From Bacteroidales bacterium (GTDB lineage: Bacteria; Bacteroidota; Bacteroidia; Bacteroidales; WRLA01): 63,300 nt of DNA. This document shows, piece by piece, positions 49,326-59,550 of the stretch. The stretch is taken from assembly GCA_031254805.1 (NCBI GenBank), contig JAIRTP010000027.1, positions 1 to 63,300 on the forward strand. Reading direction: 5' to 3'. Numbering within the stretch: the first letter of the stretch is position 1; each line of letters opens with the position of its first letter. The position numbers and the translations under genes were made by a program. The notes under the pieces are model-generated. The model was not told the DNA's origin. It searched no databases and saw only the letters and a program-made list of their open reading frames with translations.

Positions 49326-50330
49326 ATGAGAAAATGTTTTTTAATAATAATCTTTGTCTTTGTATGTATCGTAAATACACATGCACAAGACATATTGGCC
49401 AGTATCAGCGTTTCGGCAAGCAGGGTGGACGGAACAGATAGGACGGTTTACGACGCTATGCAAAAATCGCTTACCGAAATGGTAAACGGCAGATCATGGA
49501 CGCCTTATCAATTAAAACCCGACGAACGCTTTAGAATACGGATGTCTATCAATATTACCAATCGTATTTCCGATACCGAATTCGACGGGACCATAACTCT
49601 TGTCATGGGACGAATTGTTTTTAATTCTAATTACGAGTCGCCCGTTCTTAATATTATGGATAATAATCTCCATTTCTATTATAATCAATATGAACCGTTG
49701 GAATATATCGAAAACGTTTATACAAATAACCTTACTTCTGTTGTTGCATTTTATATCTATTATGCGTTAGGCATTCAGTTTGACACGTTTCAAGCTTCCG
49801 GCGGCCAAGAATTTTATGAAAGAGCAAACAACATTGTACAATCTGCGCAATCTTCAAATGAAACCGGATGGAAAACGCAAGACGGAGATAAAAGTCGGTA
49901 TCGGATATTGGAATACATTATGAGCCCTACCTATCGAAGTTTGCGTACATTTTTGTATCAATACCATCGTCAAGGACTTGATATTATGGCTGACAACGTA
50001 GAGAACGGAAGAACGCAGATCATACGCGGGCTTGAGGAGTTGAAAAGAGCATATTTGGAACGTCCGGGAATGTATGCGACGCAAATAATGATTGACGTAA
50101 AACGTGATGAGGTTATCAATATATTCAAGCAAGGTTCTGATAACGAGAAAAATACGGTATCAGACCTGATGAAACAAATAGACATTACCAATTCCTCAAA
50201 ATACGACGCGATGAAATCAAGCGGCAGTACGGCGGGAGGTACTAATTATCCGGGATCCGGAACCAATCGAGATTATGGAACGGGAACCGGCGGTAATTCG
50301 GGATTTGGCGGTTCGGGTACGAAATATTAA
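49326..50330 (+). CDS. DUF4835 family protein (labelled T9SS PorD in some annotations, as far as I recall)
   Basis: 334 aa, signal peptide, conserved coaBC/recN neighbourhood, Gly-rich C-terminal tail. Confidence 0.6.
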   Translation: MRKCFLIIIFVFVCIVNTHAQDILASISVSASRVDGTDRTVYDAMQKSLTEMVNGRSWTPYQLKPDERFRIRMSINITNRISDTEFDGTITLVMGRIVFNSNYESPVLNIMDNNLHFYYNQYEPLEYIENVYTNNLTSVVAFYIYYALGIQFDTFQASGGQEFYERANNIVQSAQSSNETGWKTQDGDKSRYRILEYIMSPTYRSLRTFLYQYHRQGLDIMADNVENGRTQIIRGLEELKRAYLERPGMYATQIMIDVKRDEVINIFKQGSDNEKNTVSDLMKQIDITNSSKYDAMKSSGSTAGGTNYPGSGTNRDYGTGTGGNSGFGGSGTKY

Positions 50331-50354
50331 AATGACGACATAATTAATTTGTCT

Positions 50355-52025
50355 ATGCTCAGAGAGTTGCATATACATAATTATTTCTTGATCAACAATC
50401 TATCGCTTAATTTTTCAGACGGATTTACGTTGATTACCGGAGAAACAGGCGCCGGTAAATCTATGTTAATAGGCGCTATTTCTTTACTTTTGGGCGATAA
50501 AGCCGAACAAAAAATGTTGTTTGATCCGGAGCAAAAATGCGTTGTTGAAGGAATATTTCATATTGAAAAGTTGCATCTGCAATATTTTTTTAAGCAATAT
50601 GAGTTGGATTATCTTCCCGAAACGATTATTCGAAGAGAAATAGCCCCAAAAGCGACTCGCTCGCGCGCTTTTATCAATGATACGCCCGTAACCAACGCGC
50701 AATTGAAAGAGCTTGGATCGCAACTTATTGATATTCATTCGCAACATGAAACGCTGAATTTGAATAATCCGGCAATACAACTTCAAATCATTGACCAATT
50801 CGGAAAATTGGAAAATCAAACCGAAGCGCTGAAATTTTTATTTATAGAGATCAAGAAAGAGAAAAAAGAGTTAGCTGAGCAGACAGTTCTTTTACAGGAA
50901 GTTCTTCGCGAACAAGATTTCCGACGTTACGCTTTGCAAGAGTTGGACGCCGCCGCCGTCAAAAAGGGAGAAATAGAAACTTTAGAGAGAGAATTTCAAT
51001 TGGCCGGCAATGCTGACATTTTGAAAACTTGGCTTGACAGGATACATTTTCTTTGCAATGAACAGGATCCTTCTTTGGTGCAAACAATCGATGCATTAGA
51101 ATCTGAAGGGAAAAAGATATCCGTGAAAGATGAAACTGTGGAAGAAATTCTTGAAAGATTGCGTTCCGTTTCTTTTGAGTTGAGCGATCTGGCAAACGAC
51201 GCTAACAGGATATCCGACAGATTGAATAACGATCCTGAAAAATTACAACAAATTGAAATGCGATTGGATTTGTTGAATAGATTGATATTCAAATATCATG
51301 TTCGCAATGAGGAACAATTATTGGATTTGTTGAACGAATATCGAACGCAAGTGGAGGAAATTTCGCAAATAGAATCCCGTATTGCAATATTACAAGAAAA
51401 TATTTTGCAAAAAGAGACGCTTTGGAAAGAACAGGCCGATTCTTTGAGTAAGAAACGCATGCAATTAGCGCCGATATTTTCCAAAAAAATGACATTGTTA
51501 TTACAATCGTTGGGGATGCCCGACGTTATTTTCGAATTGCACAGAGAATTGCAGGAATCTCCTACTGAAACAGGAATCGATAAAATCAAGTTTTTATTTA
51601 CCGCCAACAAAGGAAGTCGTCCGGATGAGATCCGAAAAATAGCAAGCGGAGGAGAATTATCGCGTATTATGCTCGCTATTAAAAACATATTAAGCGATAC
51701 ATTACTTTTTCCAACCATGATCTTTGACGAAATTGATTCGGGAATATCGGGGACTATTGCCGCCAAGGCAGGCGAAATGTTAAAGCAAATATCCCAGAGA
51801 AAACAAATCATCGTAATAACCCATCTCCCTACTATCGCGGCGTTTGCGGAGCATCATCTCTATGTAAAAAAGGATGCGCAACAATCGACTCAAATATCTG
51901 TTCGTTATCTCTTTTATGAAGAACGTATCGAAGAACTGGCTCAAATGTTGAGCGGCGACCACGCCATGCAAGAGGCGCGTGAAACGGCGATAAAATTATT
52001 ACAAGCTGCAGCAAAAACGAATTAA
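50355..52025 (+). CDS. recN: DNA repair protein RecN
   Basis: SMC-like. Walker A GETGAGKS, long coiled coil, signature ASGGELSR, Walker B MIFDEID. Confidence 0.95.
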   Translation: MLRELHIHNYFLINNLSLNFSDGFTLITGETGAGKSMLIGAISLLLGDKAEQKMLFDPEQKCVVEGIFHIEKLHLQYFFKQYELDYLPETIIRREIAPKATRSRAFINDTPVTNAQLKELGSQLIDIHSQHETLNLNNPAIQLQIIDQFGKLENQTEALKFLFIEIKKEKKELAEQTVLLQEVLREQDFRRYALQELDAAAVKKGEIETLEREFQLAGNADILKTWLDRIHFLCNEQDPSLVQTIDALESEGKKISVKDETVEEILERLRSVSFELSDLANDANRISDRLNNDPEKLQQIEMRLDLLNRLIFKYHVRNEEQLLDLLNEYRTQVEEISQIESRIAILQENILQKETLWKEQADSLSKKRMQLAPIFSKKMTLLLQSLGMPDVIFELHRELQESPTETGIDKIKFLFTANKGSRPDEIRKIASGGELSRIMLAIKNILSDTLLFPTMIFDEIDSGISGTIAAKAGEMLKQISQRKQIIVITHLPTIAAFAEHHLYVKKDAQQSTQISVRYLFYEERIEELAQMLSGDHAMQEARETAIKLLQAAAKTN

Positions 52026-52028
52026 AAT

Positions 52029-53066
52029 ATGGTATTGTTATTAGTTATCTTTTTCTTGACGACTATTTTGGTTTCCTTTACCTGTTCGATGATGGAATCG
52101 ATCCTCTTATTAGTTACGGAGCCTTTTATAGAAGCGCAGGCGTCGGAAGGAAGAGATGTGCGTATGTTGAGGAAAATCAAAAAGAACGTTGACAAATCTC
52201 TTTCCGGTATTTTGGCGCTGAACACAATAGTTAACACGATCGGATCTGCCGGCGTGGGCGTTCAGGCGACAAAGGTATTTGGCGATGCCTATTTTGGGAT
52301 AGTTTCGGCATGTTTGACCGTTTTAATATTAATTTTCGGAGAAATTGTTCCGAAAACTATCGGAGCTAATTATTGGCGGCAATTATCCGTTTTTTCCGGA
52401 TATATTATCCATTTTATTACCTATTTGATGTATCCTTTTATCTTTTTGTCAAGATTTATCACACAATTATTTACCAAGGGGGAAAATACAAACGCCATAA
52501 GCAGAGAAGAAGTTGTCGCTTTGGCAGGCATCGGATCGCGCGAAGGCGTTTTTGAAGAGAGGGAAAGCGCCGTTATTCAGAATATTATCCATTTGAAAGA
52601 TAAAAAAGTGCGGGATATTATGACGCCAAGAACAGTTGTCTGCTCCGCTTCCGAAGACACGACGGTAAAAGAGTTGCTTGAAAGAGAAGAATTTTTACAA
52701 CATTCCCGTATTCCCGTTTATGCGACTTCGCCTGATGATATTACCGGATATATATTGAAAATGAATGCGCTGGAAGAAATCGCTCATGATAATGGAAATA
52801 TTTCGTTGAAAGAGATCAAAAGGGAGATGATCGTTTATTATGAAAATTTTTCCGTTTCAGGTTTATTAGCGTCGCTTATGCAGAAAAAAGAGCATATTGC
52901 ATTGATCGTTGACGAATTTGGGAGTATTGCAGGTATTGCAACCATGGAAGACGTTATCGAAACTTTATTAGGATTGGAAATTATCGATGAGCATGATACT
53001 CAAATCGACATGCAACAACATGCAAAAATGAAATGGGAAGAGAGATCACAAGACATTGACATATAA
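52029..53066 (+). CDS. CNNM/DUF21 plus CBS-pair membrane protein (HlyC/CorC family, no CorC_HlyC tail)
   Basis: 345 aa. Four TM helices (DUF21) followed by two CBS repeats. Confidence 0.8.
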   Translation: MVLLLVIFFLTTILVSFTCSMMESILLLVTEPFIEAQASEGRDVRMLRKIKKNVDKSLSGILALNTIVNTIGSAGVGVQATKVFGDAYFGIVSACLTVLILIFGEIVPKTIGANYWRQLSVFSGYIIHFITYLMYPFIFLSRFITQLFTKGENTNAISREEVVALAGIGSREGVFEERESAVIQNIIHLKDKKVRDIMTPRTVVCSASEDTTVKELLEREEFLQHSRIPVYATSPDDITGYILKMNALEEIAHDNGNISLKEIKREMIVYYENFSVSGLLASLMQKKEHIALIVDEFGSIAGIATMEDVIETLLGLEIIDEHDTQIDMQQHAKMKWEERSQDIDI

Positions 53067-53166
53067 TATTTTACTTCTATTTATATCATTTTTTAATAAA
53101 AAAATTAATTTTTGCTTTTGGTTTTACTCTTTTTTATACTTTTGTCTCTTAATAAAAGGAGTTGAT

Positions 53167-53508
53167 ATGGACGAGACGGATAACAGAGAATTTAGAAGCA
53201 ATATTTTTTCAAAATTGATTAGGGCAGGCAAGAGAATCTATTTTTTTGATATTAAAACAACAAAGGCGAACGATTGTTACCTAACGATTACCGAGAGTAA
53301 AAAACTTTATGATAATGAAACAGGTAAATTTACCATTGAAAAGTATAAAATATTTTTATATCCTGAAGATTTTGAAAAATTCGGAGACACGTTTGATGAA
53401 ATTGTAGAATTGATCCGAAAGTATAGTGCAGGAGAGATCAGCGATGAAGATCTGGCGGAATTGGAAGCCGAGCAAATACGAAAAGATCGAGAAGAAGCAG
53501 AAAATTGA
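53167..53508 (+). CDS. PUR-alpha-like nucleic-acid-binding protein (DUF3276)
   Basis: Start at MDETDNREF. GKRIYFFDIKTTKANDCYLTITESKK is the PUR-repeat pattern, with an acidic tail. Confidence 0.7.
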   Translation: MDETDNREFRSNIFSKLIRAGKRIYFFDIKTTKANDCYLTITESKKLYDNETGKFTIEKYKIFLYPEDFEKFGDTFDEIVELIRKYSAGEISDEDLAELEAEQIRKDREEAEN

Positions 53509-53521
53509 GAAAATTAATATG

Positions 53522-53558
53522 AAGAGCCGCCTTTGCTTGAAGGGCGGCTCTTTTGTTT
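53522..53558 (+). terminator. Intrinsic terminator
   Basis: AGAGCCGCC / GGCGGCTCT stem followed by TTTGTTTG. Confidence 0.8.
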
Positions 53559-54129
53559 GTCAAAGGAATAAACGATAATAAGGTGGCTTCATATTATTTT
53601 ACCGTAGGATCAAGTCTAAACTTTCCTGACTTGTCCTCCTATTGAAGATCGCAAAAATAAAGGCTAACATCCAGCTTGTTAGGAAGAAAAATCACTAAAT
53701 TTGCCGCATTAAGCAGGATTTATACTTCATATTAGATTAGAGTAGTAAGAACATTATCAGGGGCGCAAGTAGTGCAGGTTGTCTATTATTGACACCGAAA
53801 GCGTGTTATATATAAACACATTGGCTCGGCATGCACAGATAAAGAACCGGATGAGAAGAAGAAAGTTACACGTGACTTGATAATAATTCATACGCCATCT
53901 TTTTCCGCGTTTCAAGAACGCACTCAAGCAATTTGCTTTATTTGGACAAAAGTGAGTTCTTGGGAGTTTATTATACGTTTTTCTATGAAATTATCAGTAG
54001 CTTAATTTTTTAAAACAGGGAGAATTGAGGCGCATATTGCATTACTTTTACGGAGTATATAAAGAGCCTAAAATAATGTTATATAACTCAAAATTAATAT
54101 TATAGCTAAAGATAGCCGCTGAAATAACG

Positions 54130-54258
54130 CACAATATCTATCAACTGACTGAATAAAATGGACAAAACATCAACTCCTAAAAATGGATGAACTACAAGCT
54201 GAACTAATCCAAATTACCAACAATAATTTTTAAAGCGCGGCATTGCGGAAAACAGGAA
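54130..54258 (+). repeat. Second copy of the roughly 130-nt repeat, with its small ORF interrupted
   Basis: ATG 54183, MDELQAELIQITNNNF then TAA at 54231 where the 33xxx copy reads on (KKFQGIALRKQ). Confidence 0.7.
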
Positions 54259-54409
54259 TATCGCAAATCAATGAAAAATAATCAGGTAAGCAACAACTTT
54301 GGATTCAGCCAAAGTAATGATTATAGTGACTGATTTCTGTCTTGACTTGGCTTTTTTCTGTTTTTCGATACCTTCAACACCAAAGAAAAACAGAGCGTAA
54401 CACAGAACT

Positions 54410-54808
54410 TTACAGTCGATTCGCTATGCTCTGCTCGATTTTGCTTTTCAGGGAAGTATTTATTTTAAAAATCTTTTGAATTGCCTGTTCAAAATCTGTT
54501 TCGGAAAATACACCGTGAGCTATTCTCGGTCTTTTATGAAGAGGAACAAATAAAATGGCAGGGACGCGTCTAATACCTAAATCGCCGGCTAACAATTGTT
54601 CTTCCATCACATTTGCTCGGTAAAATGCGACATCTGGAAATTTTAATTGCAAATTGCCTAACAGCTCCAGATATATGGGTAAATTTTTTGGGTCGTTTTT
54701 ATGAAAAAAGACGACAACCGAAGCCGTATTACAATTTTGAGGGGCGTTAGTCCCCTCAAAATCATATATTTTTTCTAAAAAATCAGCTTTTGTCAGCTGT
54801 TTTATCAT
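54410..54808 (-). CDS. Thioredoxin-fold protein lacking the CXXC active site
   Basis: 132 aa. Aligns with the upstream thioredoxin, but WCGPC is replaced by KNDPK. The cis-Pro region (VPAILFVP) is retained. Confidence 0.65.
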   Translation of the reverse strand: MIKQLTKADFLEKIYDFEGTNAPQNCNTASVVVFFHKNDPKNLPIYLELLGNLQLKFPDVAFYRANVMEEQLLAGDLGIRRVPAILFVPLHKRPRIAHGVFSETDFEQAIQKIFKINTSLKSKIEQSIANRL

Positions 54809-54810
54809 CT

Positions 54811-55272
54811 CTATTTTTGAGTAGCGGAAGGCATCGTTTTATTCAATAAGATTTTATCGATCAGCTTCACATATTCCTCTTTAGGATAAGCCCCTTTTGT
54901 AGCGGTCGGTTGCCCTTTCATCGGAACAAAGATAACCGTTGGAATATTTCTTGCTTGGAAAAGAGCCGCCAACTCTTTTTGTTGATCAACATTGATTTTG
55001 TAGATGTAGATGTCGTTATAAGATTTTGAAAATTCTTCCATATAAGGAGCGATTTTTCTACAAGGTCCGCACCAATCCGCATAAAAATCAATGATGCAAG
55101 GTTTATCGCCTAAATATACAAATTCGGAGGTGTCTTTTGCGTAGTCCCACACCTTTTTCATGAATGTTTCTTTCGTCAACATTTCAGGTTTTTTGTCGGT
55201 TTGCGCAGAGAGCGTTATCCCCGAGATGATAAATAAAACGCTGAAAAACATATAAATTAAATTCCTTTTCAT
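54811..55272 (-). CDS. Exported thioredoxin
   Basis: 153 aa, signal peptide, DFYADWCGPCRK active site. Confidence 0.88.
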   Translation of the reverse strand: MKRNLIYMFFSVLFIISGITLSAQTDKKPEMLTKETFMKKVWDYAKDTSEFVYLGDKPCIIDFYADWCGPCRKIAPYMEEFSKSYNDIYIYKINVDQQKELAALFQARNIPTVIFVPMKGQPTATKGAYPKEEYVKLIDKILLNKTMPSATQK

Positions 55273-55349
55273 CGATATTATTTTTTAATTAATTTGAATA
55301 TACAAAGTTAAGATTTTTATTAACGCTATAAAGAGATGTTAAACAATTT

Positions 55350-56084
55350 TTATGCCGAAACGTTCTTTTTTGTTGCAGAGTTTGATTTTTGCTGTTTTTC
55401 CAACCCTGCAATCGACAATAAAATTCCTAATACAACGCCCAATAAAGCGGCAAAAAGCGCTTGATATTGTTCGGGAAGAATGAAAGTGATCGTATGCGCC
55501 GGAAACCAAAAAAGCGGAATGGTTTTTTTTAAGACAAATCCCCAATGCCTTTCCCAATTAATATTTTGAAACGCCGCTCCCATTCTGATCGTATGCGAAA
55601 AGAATCCCTTGATCGTTCCTCTTGTATTTGAAATATGCATGTCTGTGATTTTATGTAAGGTCATAAAAACAGGCGCAAAGATCACGTTCATCGAAACGCT
55701 TACGCAAAATGCGACTAAAACTTTTTCCCAAGTAATTGCGCTGTTTGCAAACGAAACGATTGCTCCTGAAAGACCCATATATTCCAAAAATTTCGGCGTT
55801 CCGTTGGAAAAAATGACCATTGCCATCTTAATTCCCATTCCTAATATTGCCCAAACGAGCGCTCTCGGTAAGATTCCAAATCCTTTTTCATAATATACGC
55901 CCTTTTGAATTCTCAACCCGATTACCTCTCCCAATGTAGAAAGGATGGCAAATTTAAAGGCGCTCATGATCATTCCATGAGCGCGATTGAAATTATCATA
56001 CCATTCGTATACGGCAGGAATCACAAAAAACGGGAGAAAGAAAAGAATGACGCAGAGCGCAAAAATCAAATCTTGTTTTTTCAT
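55350..56084 (-). CDS. Integral membrane protein, unknown function
   Basis: About 244 aa from MKKQDLIF, 6-7 TM helices, no family recognised. Confidence 0.55.
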   Translation of the reverse strand: MKKQDLIFALCVILFFLPFFVIPAVYEWYDNFNRAHGMIMSAFKFAILSTLGEVIGLRIQKGVYYEKGFGILPRALVWAILGMGIKMAMVIFSNGTPKFLEYMGLSGAIVSFANSAITWEKVLVAFCVSVSMNVIFAPVFMTLHKITDMHISNTRGTIKGFFSHTIRMGAAFQNINWERHWGFVLKKTIPLFWFPAHTITFILPEQYQALFAALLGVVLGILLSIAGLEKQQKSNSATKKNVSA

Positions 56085-56184
56085 ATACATAGTTTTTATA
56101 AGACGATGCAAAATTAGGGTTTATTTTTGAAATTTTCAGAGGACAAAGAATTGTATTTCAAAGAAATTAGCGATAAGATAAAAA

Positions 56185-56565
56185 GCAACAATAGTTTTAT
56201 AAGCGGGATTCTGTTACGCAGCATGCTGCGCTCCTGTCATTTATCTATGATTACAGTCGCCTGTAACCTTTAACGACCTACCCTCCATGAATTTCGCGAA
56301 GCGAAAACGGGACGGGCAGCCCCTGTCATGGTTTATTTGGTCTTTCAACCCATAAGGCTTGTCCTTGCGTCATGTCGCCATGTCGCAACGTGAGCTCTTA
56401 CCTCGCGTTTTCACCCTTACCTGCCGAAGCAGGCGGTTATTTTCTGTGACGCTTGCTGTCTGCCGTTTCCGGCAGCCTTCCCGTTAGGAAGTATGGCGCC
56501 CTGCGTTGCCCCGACTTTCCTCGTCTTATCTGAAATAAGCCGCGACAGGAAAAACTATTGTTGCT
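56185..56565 (-). ncRNA. rnpB: RNase P RNA, bacterial type A
   Basis: The minus strand reads CGAGGAAAGTCGGGGC (P4 5' strand), GGTAAGGGTGAAAACGCGAGGTAAGAGCTCACG (P10-P12 region) and ACAGAAAATAACCGCC. The P1 helix is formed by GCAACAATAGTTTT at both ends. Confidence 0.92.
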
Positions 56566-56595
56566 ATAAAGTTATTATTTGCTCGAAAAAATGTA

Positions 56596-57507
56596 TTACA
56601 TCCAGCGCTTTCGCTTGAAATAAAGAATCATTCCTCCGCTCAAGAGCATCATGAATCCGATAATTACCAAAAATGCCCATTTAAAATCTCCCATCGGCAG
56701 AAAAACGTTCATTCCATAAAATCCGACAATAAGGTTTAAAGGCAGCGTAATTGCCGATACTAATGTTAAAATTTTCATGATCTCGTTACTTCGGTTGACC
56801 TGCAACGAATCGAACGTGCGAGATAATCCTACAATCAATTCGGAATAATCCTCAATTAAGTCCCATATTTTATTGAAAACGTCTAAAATATTACCCCAAT
56901 AATCTTCCATATTCTCTGAAAATCCTTCGATTTGTCCACTCTCAAATTTCTTTAAAAGAGGAAGTTCCGGTTTGAAAATGGTATTCAACTGAATAATATT
57001 TTTTTGCGTAACGGAGATACTTTCAATTGTCTTGATGGAATTTATGTCAAAAAGATAACGTCCGACGCTATCCACATGATCCCCCACTCTGCGAACGATC
57101 CCGTAAGAAAGTTTTGCCACATATTCCAAAATAAAATATAATAAAGTATCCGAAGTGGCAATTTCCAGATCTTCTTTATTCTCAATACGACTTTTGGTAT
57201 CTTCAAATTTTTCGCTCAATATCCATCCCGGTCGTCCCATCGTGATCACAAAATCTTTTCCCCAAAATATTTTTTCCTCGCGCGTTTTAATAAACGTATT
57301 AGTCTTATTGAAATAAGGAAAATGCAAGATGAGAAAATAATAGTCGTCGTAGATATCTATTTTAGGGCGTTGATTGAGAACGGAACGGCAATCTTCGATA
57401 TCGAGTTCGTGAAAATGAAAAACGTCTTCCAAATATTGAAGGTCTGCATCGGTGGGATTTAGCAGATGATGCCATTTTATGGTACCAATTTTTACCGTTT
57501 GAATCAT
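56596..57507 (-). CDS. corA: CorA-family magnesium/cobalt transporter
   Basis: 303 aa, two C-terminal TM helices with the YGMN motif. -7 box CAAAGGTA at 57587-57594. Confidence 0.88.
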   Translation of the reverse strand: MIQTVKIGTIKWHHLLNPTDADLQYLEDVFHFHELDIEDCRSVLNQRPKIDIYDDYYFLILHFPYFNKTNTFIKTREEKIFWGKDFVITMGRPGWILSEKFEDTKSRIENKEDLEIATSDTLLYFILEYVAKLSYGIVRRVGDHVDSVGRYLFDINSIKTIESISVTQKNIIQLNTIFKPELPLLKKFESGQIEGFSENMEDYWGNILDVFNKIWDLIEDYSELIVGLSRTFDSLQVNRSNEIMKILTLVSAITLPLNLIVGFYGMNVFLPMGDFKWAFLVIIGFMMLLSGGMILYFKRKRWM

Positions 57508-57731
57508 ATCACCCTCCTTATTTTTAATGGAACAGCTAATTTTTTACATGAATTCTACATGCCTCTGTATATTTTCAATATGGCTGCAAAGGTATACATT
57601 TTTATCAGTAATAAAAAATATAATTTTCGTTTATAACTCTTGTTGTTTTGTGGAAAAATAGATAAAAGACAAAATGCAAAAATAGCTTAATTTTGCGCTA
57701 TTATCATTTTCATATAAATCGTGAGCGGTAA

Positions 57732-59546
57732 ATGAGAGGAAGAGTAAATTTGGCAAGGCGAAAAAATATGATTATCATAGTCGTCTCGGCTATCGTATTA
57801 GTGTATATTTTATGGCTTTTTTATGTACAGGTCATTGATAAAAGCTATCAGGTAAAGTCGGAAAATAACACTATGCGAAATATCACGTTATTTCCGCCGC
57901 GGGGATTGATCTACGATCGCGATGGATTATTGCTGGTATCAAATGAGGTGGCGTACGACTTGATGGTGGTTCCTCGTTTGGTAAAACCAATGGATACTTT
58001 AGCCTTTTGCAATATATTAAATATTGATATTCAATATTTCAGGGAACAGTTACATGCAGCGCGAAACTACTCGCGTTACAAAGCTTCTATTATGGCGTCG
58101 CAGCTTTCTAAAGAGATGGCGGGATATTTTCAGGAGAAACTTTATGAATTTCCGGGGTTTTATTTGCAATCGCGTACTATCCGACTTTATGATGAAAAAA
58201 TTGCCGCTCATGCCATCGGTTACATTGGCGAGGTAGATCGGACGGATATTGCTAAAGACGATTATTATCGAGCGGGAGATTATATCGGGCGAAGCGGTAT
58301 TGAAGCGTTTTATGAAAGAGAATTGCGCGGAAAAAAAGGTAAATCTGTGCGATTGGTAGACGTTCATAACCGCTTGAAAGGTTCTTATCAAAATGGAACG
58401 TTCGACGAAGATCCTGTTCCCGGACAAAGTATCTATATGACTTTGGACGCCGAATTACAGAAATTTGCCGAAATGCTCATGCAAGGAAAAAAAGGAAGCA
58501 TAACCGCCATAGAACCTGCCACCGGCGAAGTTTTAGTCATGGTCTCCAATCCGGACTACAATCCTAATCTGTTGGTCGGTTACGATCGCTCGAAAAATTA
58601 CAAAATGTTAGCGGCCGACTCGCTTAGGCCGTTGTTCAATCGGGCTGTCTCCGCAAAATATCCTCCCGGTTCAACTTTTAAAATGGCGACCGGATTGGCG
58701 GCGTTGCAAGAGAATATCATCAAGCCTTCTACCTGTTTTATGTGTAACGGACAATCTACCAAGCCGATCCGATGTACGCACAACCACAAATCTCCTTTGA
58801 ATTTGTATGAAGCCATCGAAGAGTCGTGCAATCCCTATTTTTGGAGCGTTTATAAAGCTTTTTTAGAAAATGCGGAAGGAGCTAATACAACGGAACGTTT
58901 TCTTAAATGGAGAGATTATATGCTGGCAATGGGGTTTGGAGAACGTTTTGATAACGATATTCTTTACCAAAGCAAAGGGAATATACCAACCAATAGTTAT
59001 TTTGACAGATATTATGGAAAGGGGAAATGGAATGCTTTAACTATCAGGTCGCTAAGTATCGGACAAGGCGAAGTGGAACTGACTCCTTTGCAAATGGCCA
59101 ATTACGTCGCTACCATAGCAAATCGCGGATATTATGTCGTACCTCATTTAGCGCGTGAAATTGCGATAGATAGTATATATGTTGAAAAGCTTAAATTTGA
59201 GACCATTAATACGGGCATAAATCCTGAATATTATGAATCCGTTATAGAGGGTATGTGGCGGGTTTATAACGGCGCGCGAGGGACAATGCGTTATTATTCT
59301 GATAAAGAGCTTAATATGTGTGGTAAAACGGGGACTGCTCAAAATCCGCATGGGAAAGATCACTCCCTTTTCGTGGCGTTTGCGCCAAAAGATAATCCTA
59401 AAATTGTCGTTAGCGTTATTGTTGAAAATGCAGGATTTGGGGCTACTTGGGCAGGTCCGATAGGGACTTTGATTATGGAGCAATATCTTAAAGGCAATAC
59501 GCGCAACACATGGTGGAAAGAGAAAGTATTAACGCAACAACCTTAA
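57732..59546 (+). CDS. mrdA: Penicillin-binding protein 2 (elongasome transpeptidase)
   Basis: 604 aa. N-terminal TM helix, SxxK (STFK), SxN (SCN), KTG (KTGTA). Confidence 0.93.
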   Translation: MRGRVNLARRKNMIIIVVSAIVLVYILWLFYVQVIDKSYQVKSENNTMRNITLFPPRGLIYDRDGLLLVSNEVAYDLMVVPRLVKPMDTLAFCNILNIDIQYFREQLHAARNYSRYKASIMASQLSKEMAGYFQEKLYEFPGFYLQSRTIRLYDEKIAAHAIGYIGEVDRTDIAKDDYYRAGDYIGRSGIEAFYERELRGKKGKSVRLVDVHNRLKGSYQNGTFDEDPVPGQSIYMTLDAELQKFAEMLMQGKKGSITAIEPATGEVLVMVSNPDYNPNLLVGYDRSKNYKMLAADSLRPLFNRAVSAKYPPGSTFKMATGLAALQENIIKPSTCFMCNGQSTKPIRCTHNHKSPLNLYEAIEESCNPYFWSVYKAFLENAEGANTTERFLKWRDYMLAMGFGERFDNDILYQSKGNIPTNSYFDRYYGKGKWNALTIRSLSIGQGEVELTPLQMANYVATIANRGYYVVPHLAREIAIDSIYVEKLKFETINTGINPEYYESVIEGMWRVYNGARGTMRYYSDKELNMCGKTGTAQNPHGKDHSLFVAFAPKDNPKIVVSVIVENAGFGATWAGPIGTLIMEQYLKGNTRNTWWKEKVLTQQP

Positions 59547-59550
59547 TTTG

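Noticed and set aside
53559-54409. tmRNA, SRP RNA, tRNA or CRISPR array in the large ORF-free tract
   Set aside because: I found no GGGG...ACCA-type tmRNA ends and no ANDENYALAA-like tag frame. There is no T-arm GTTCGAATC-type motif, no SRP GGAA/AGCA domain-IV pattern and no regularly spaced direct repeats.
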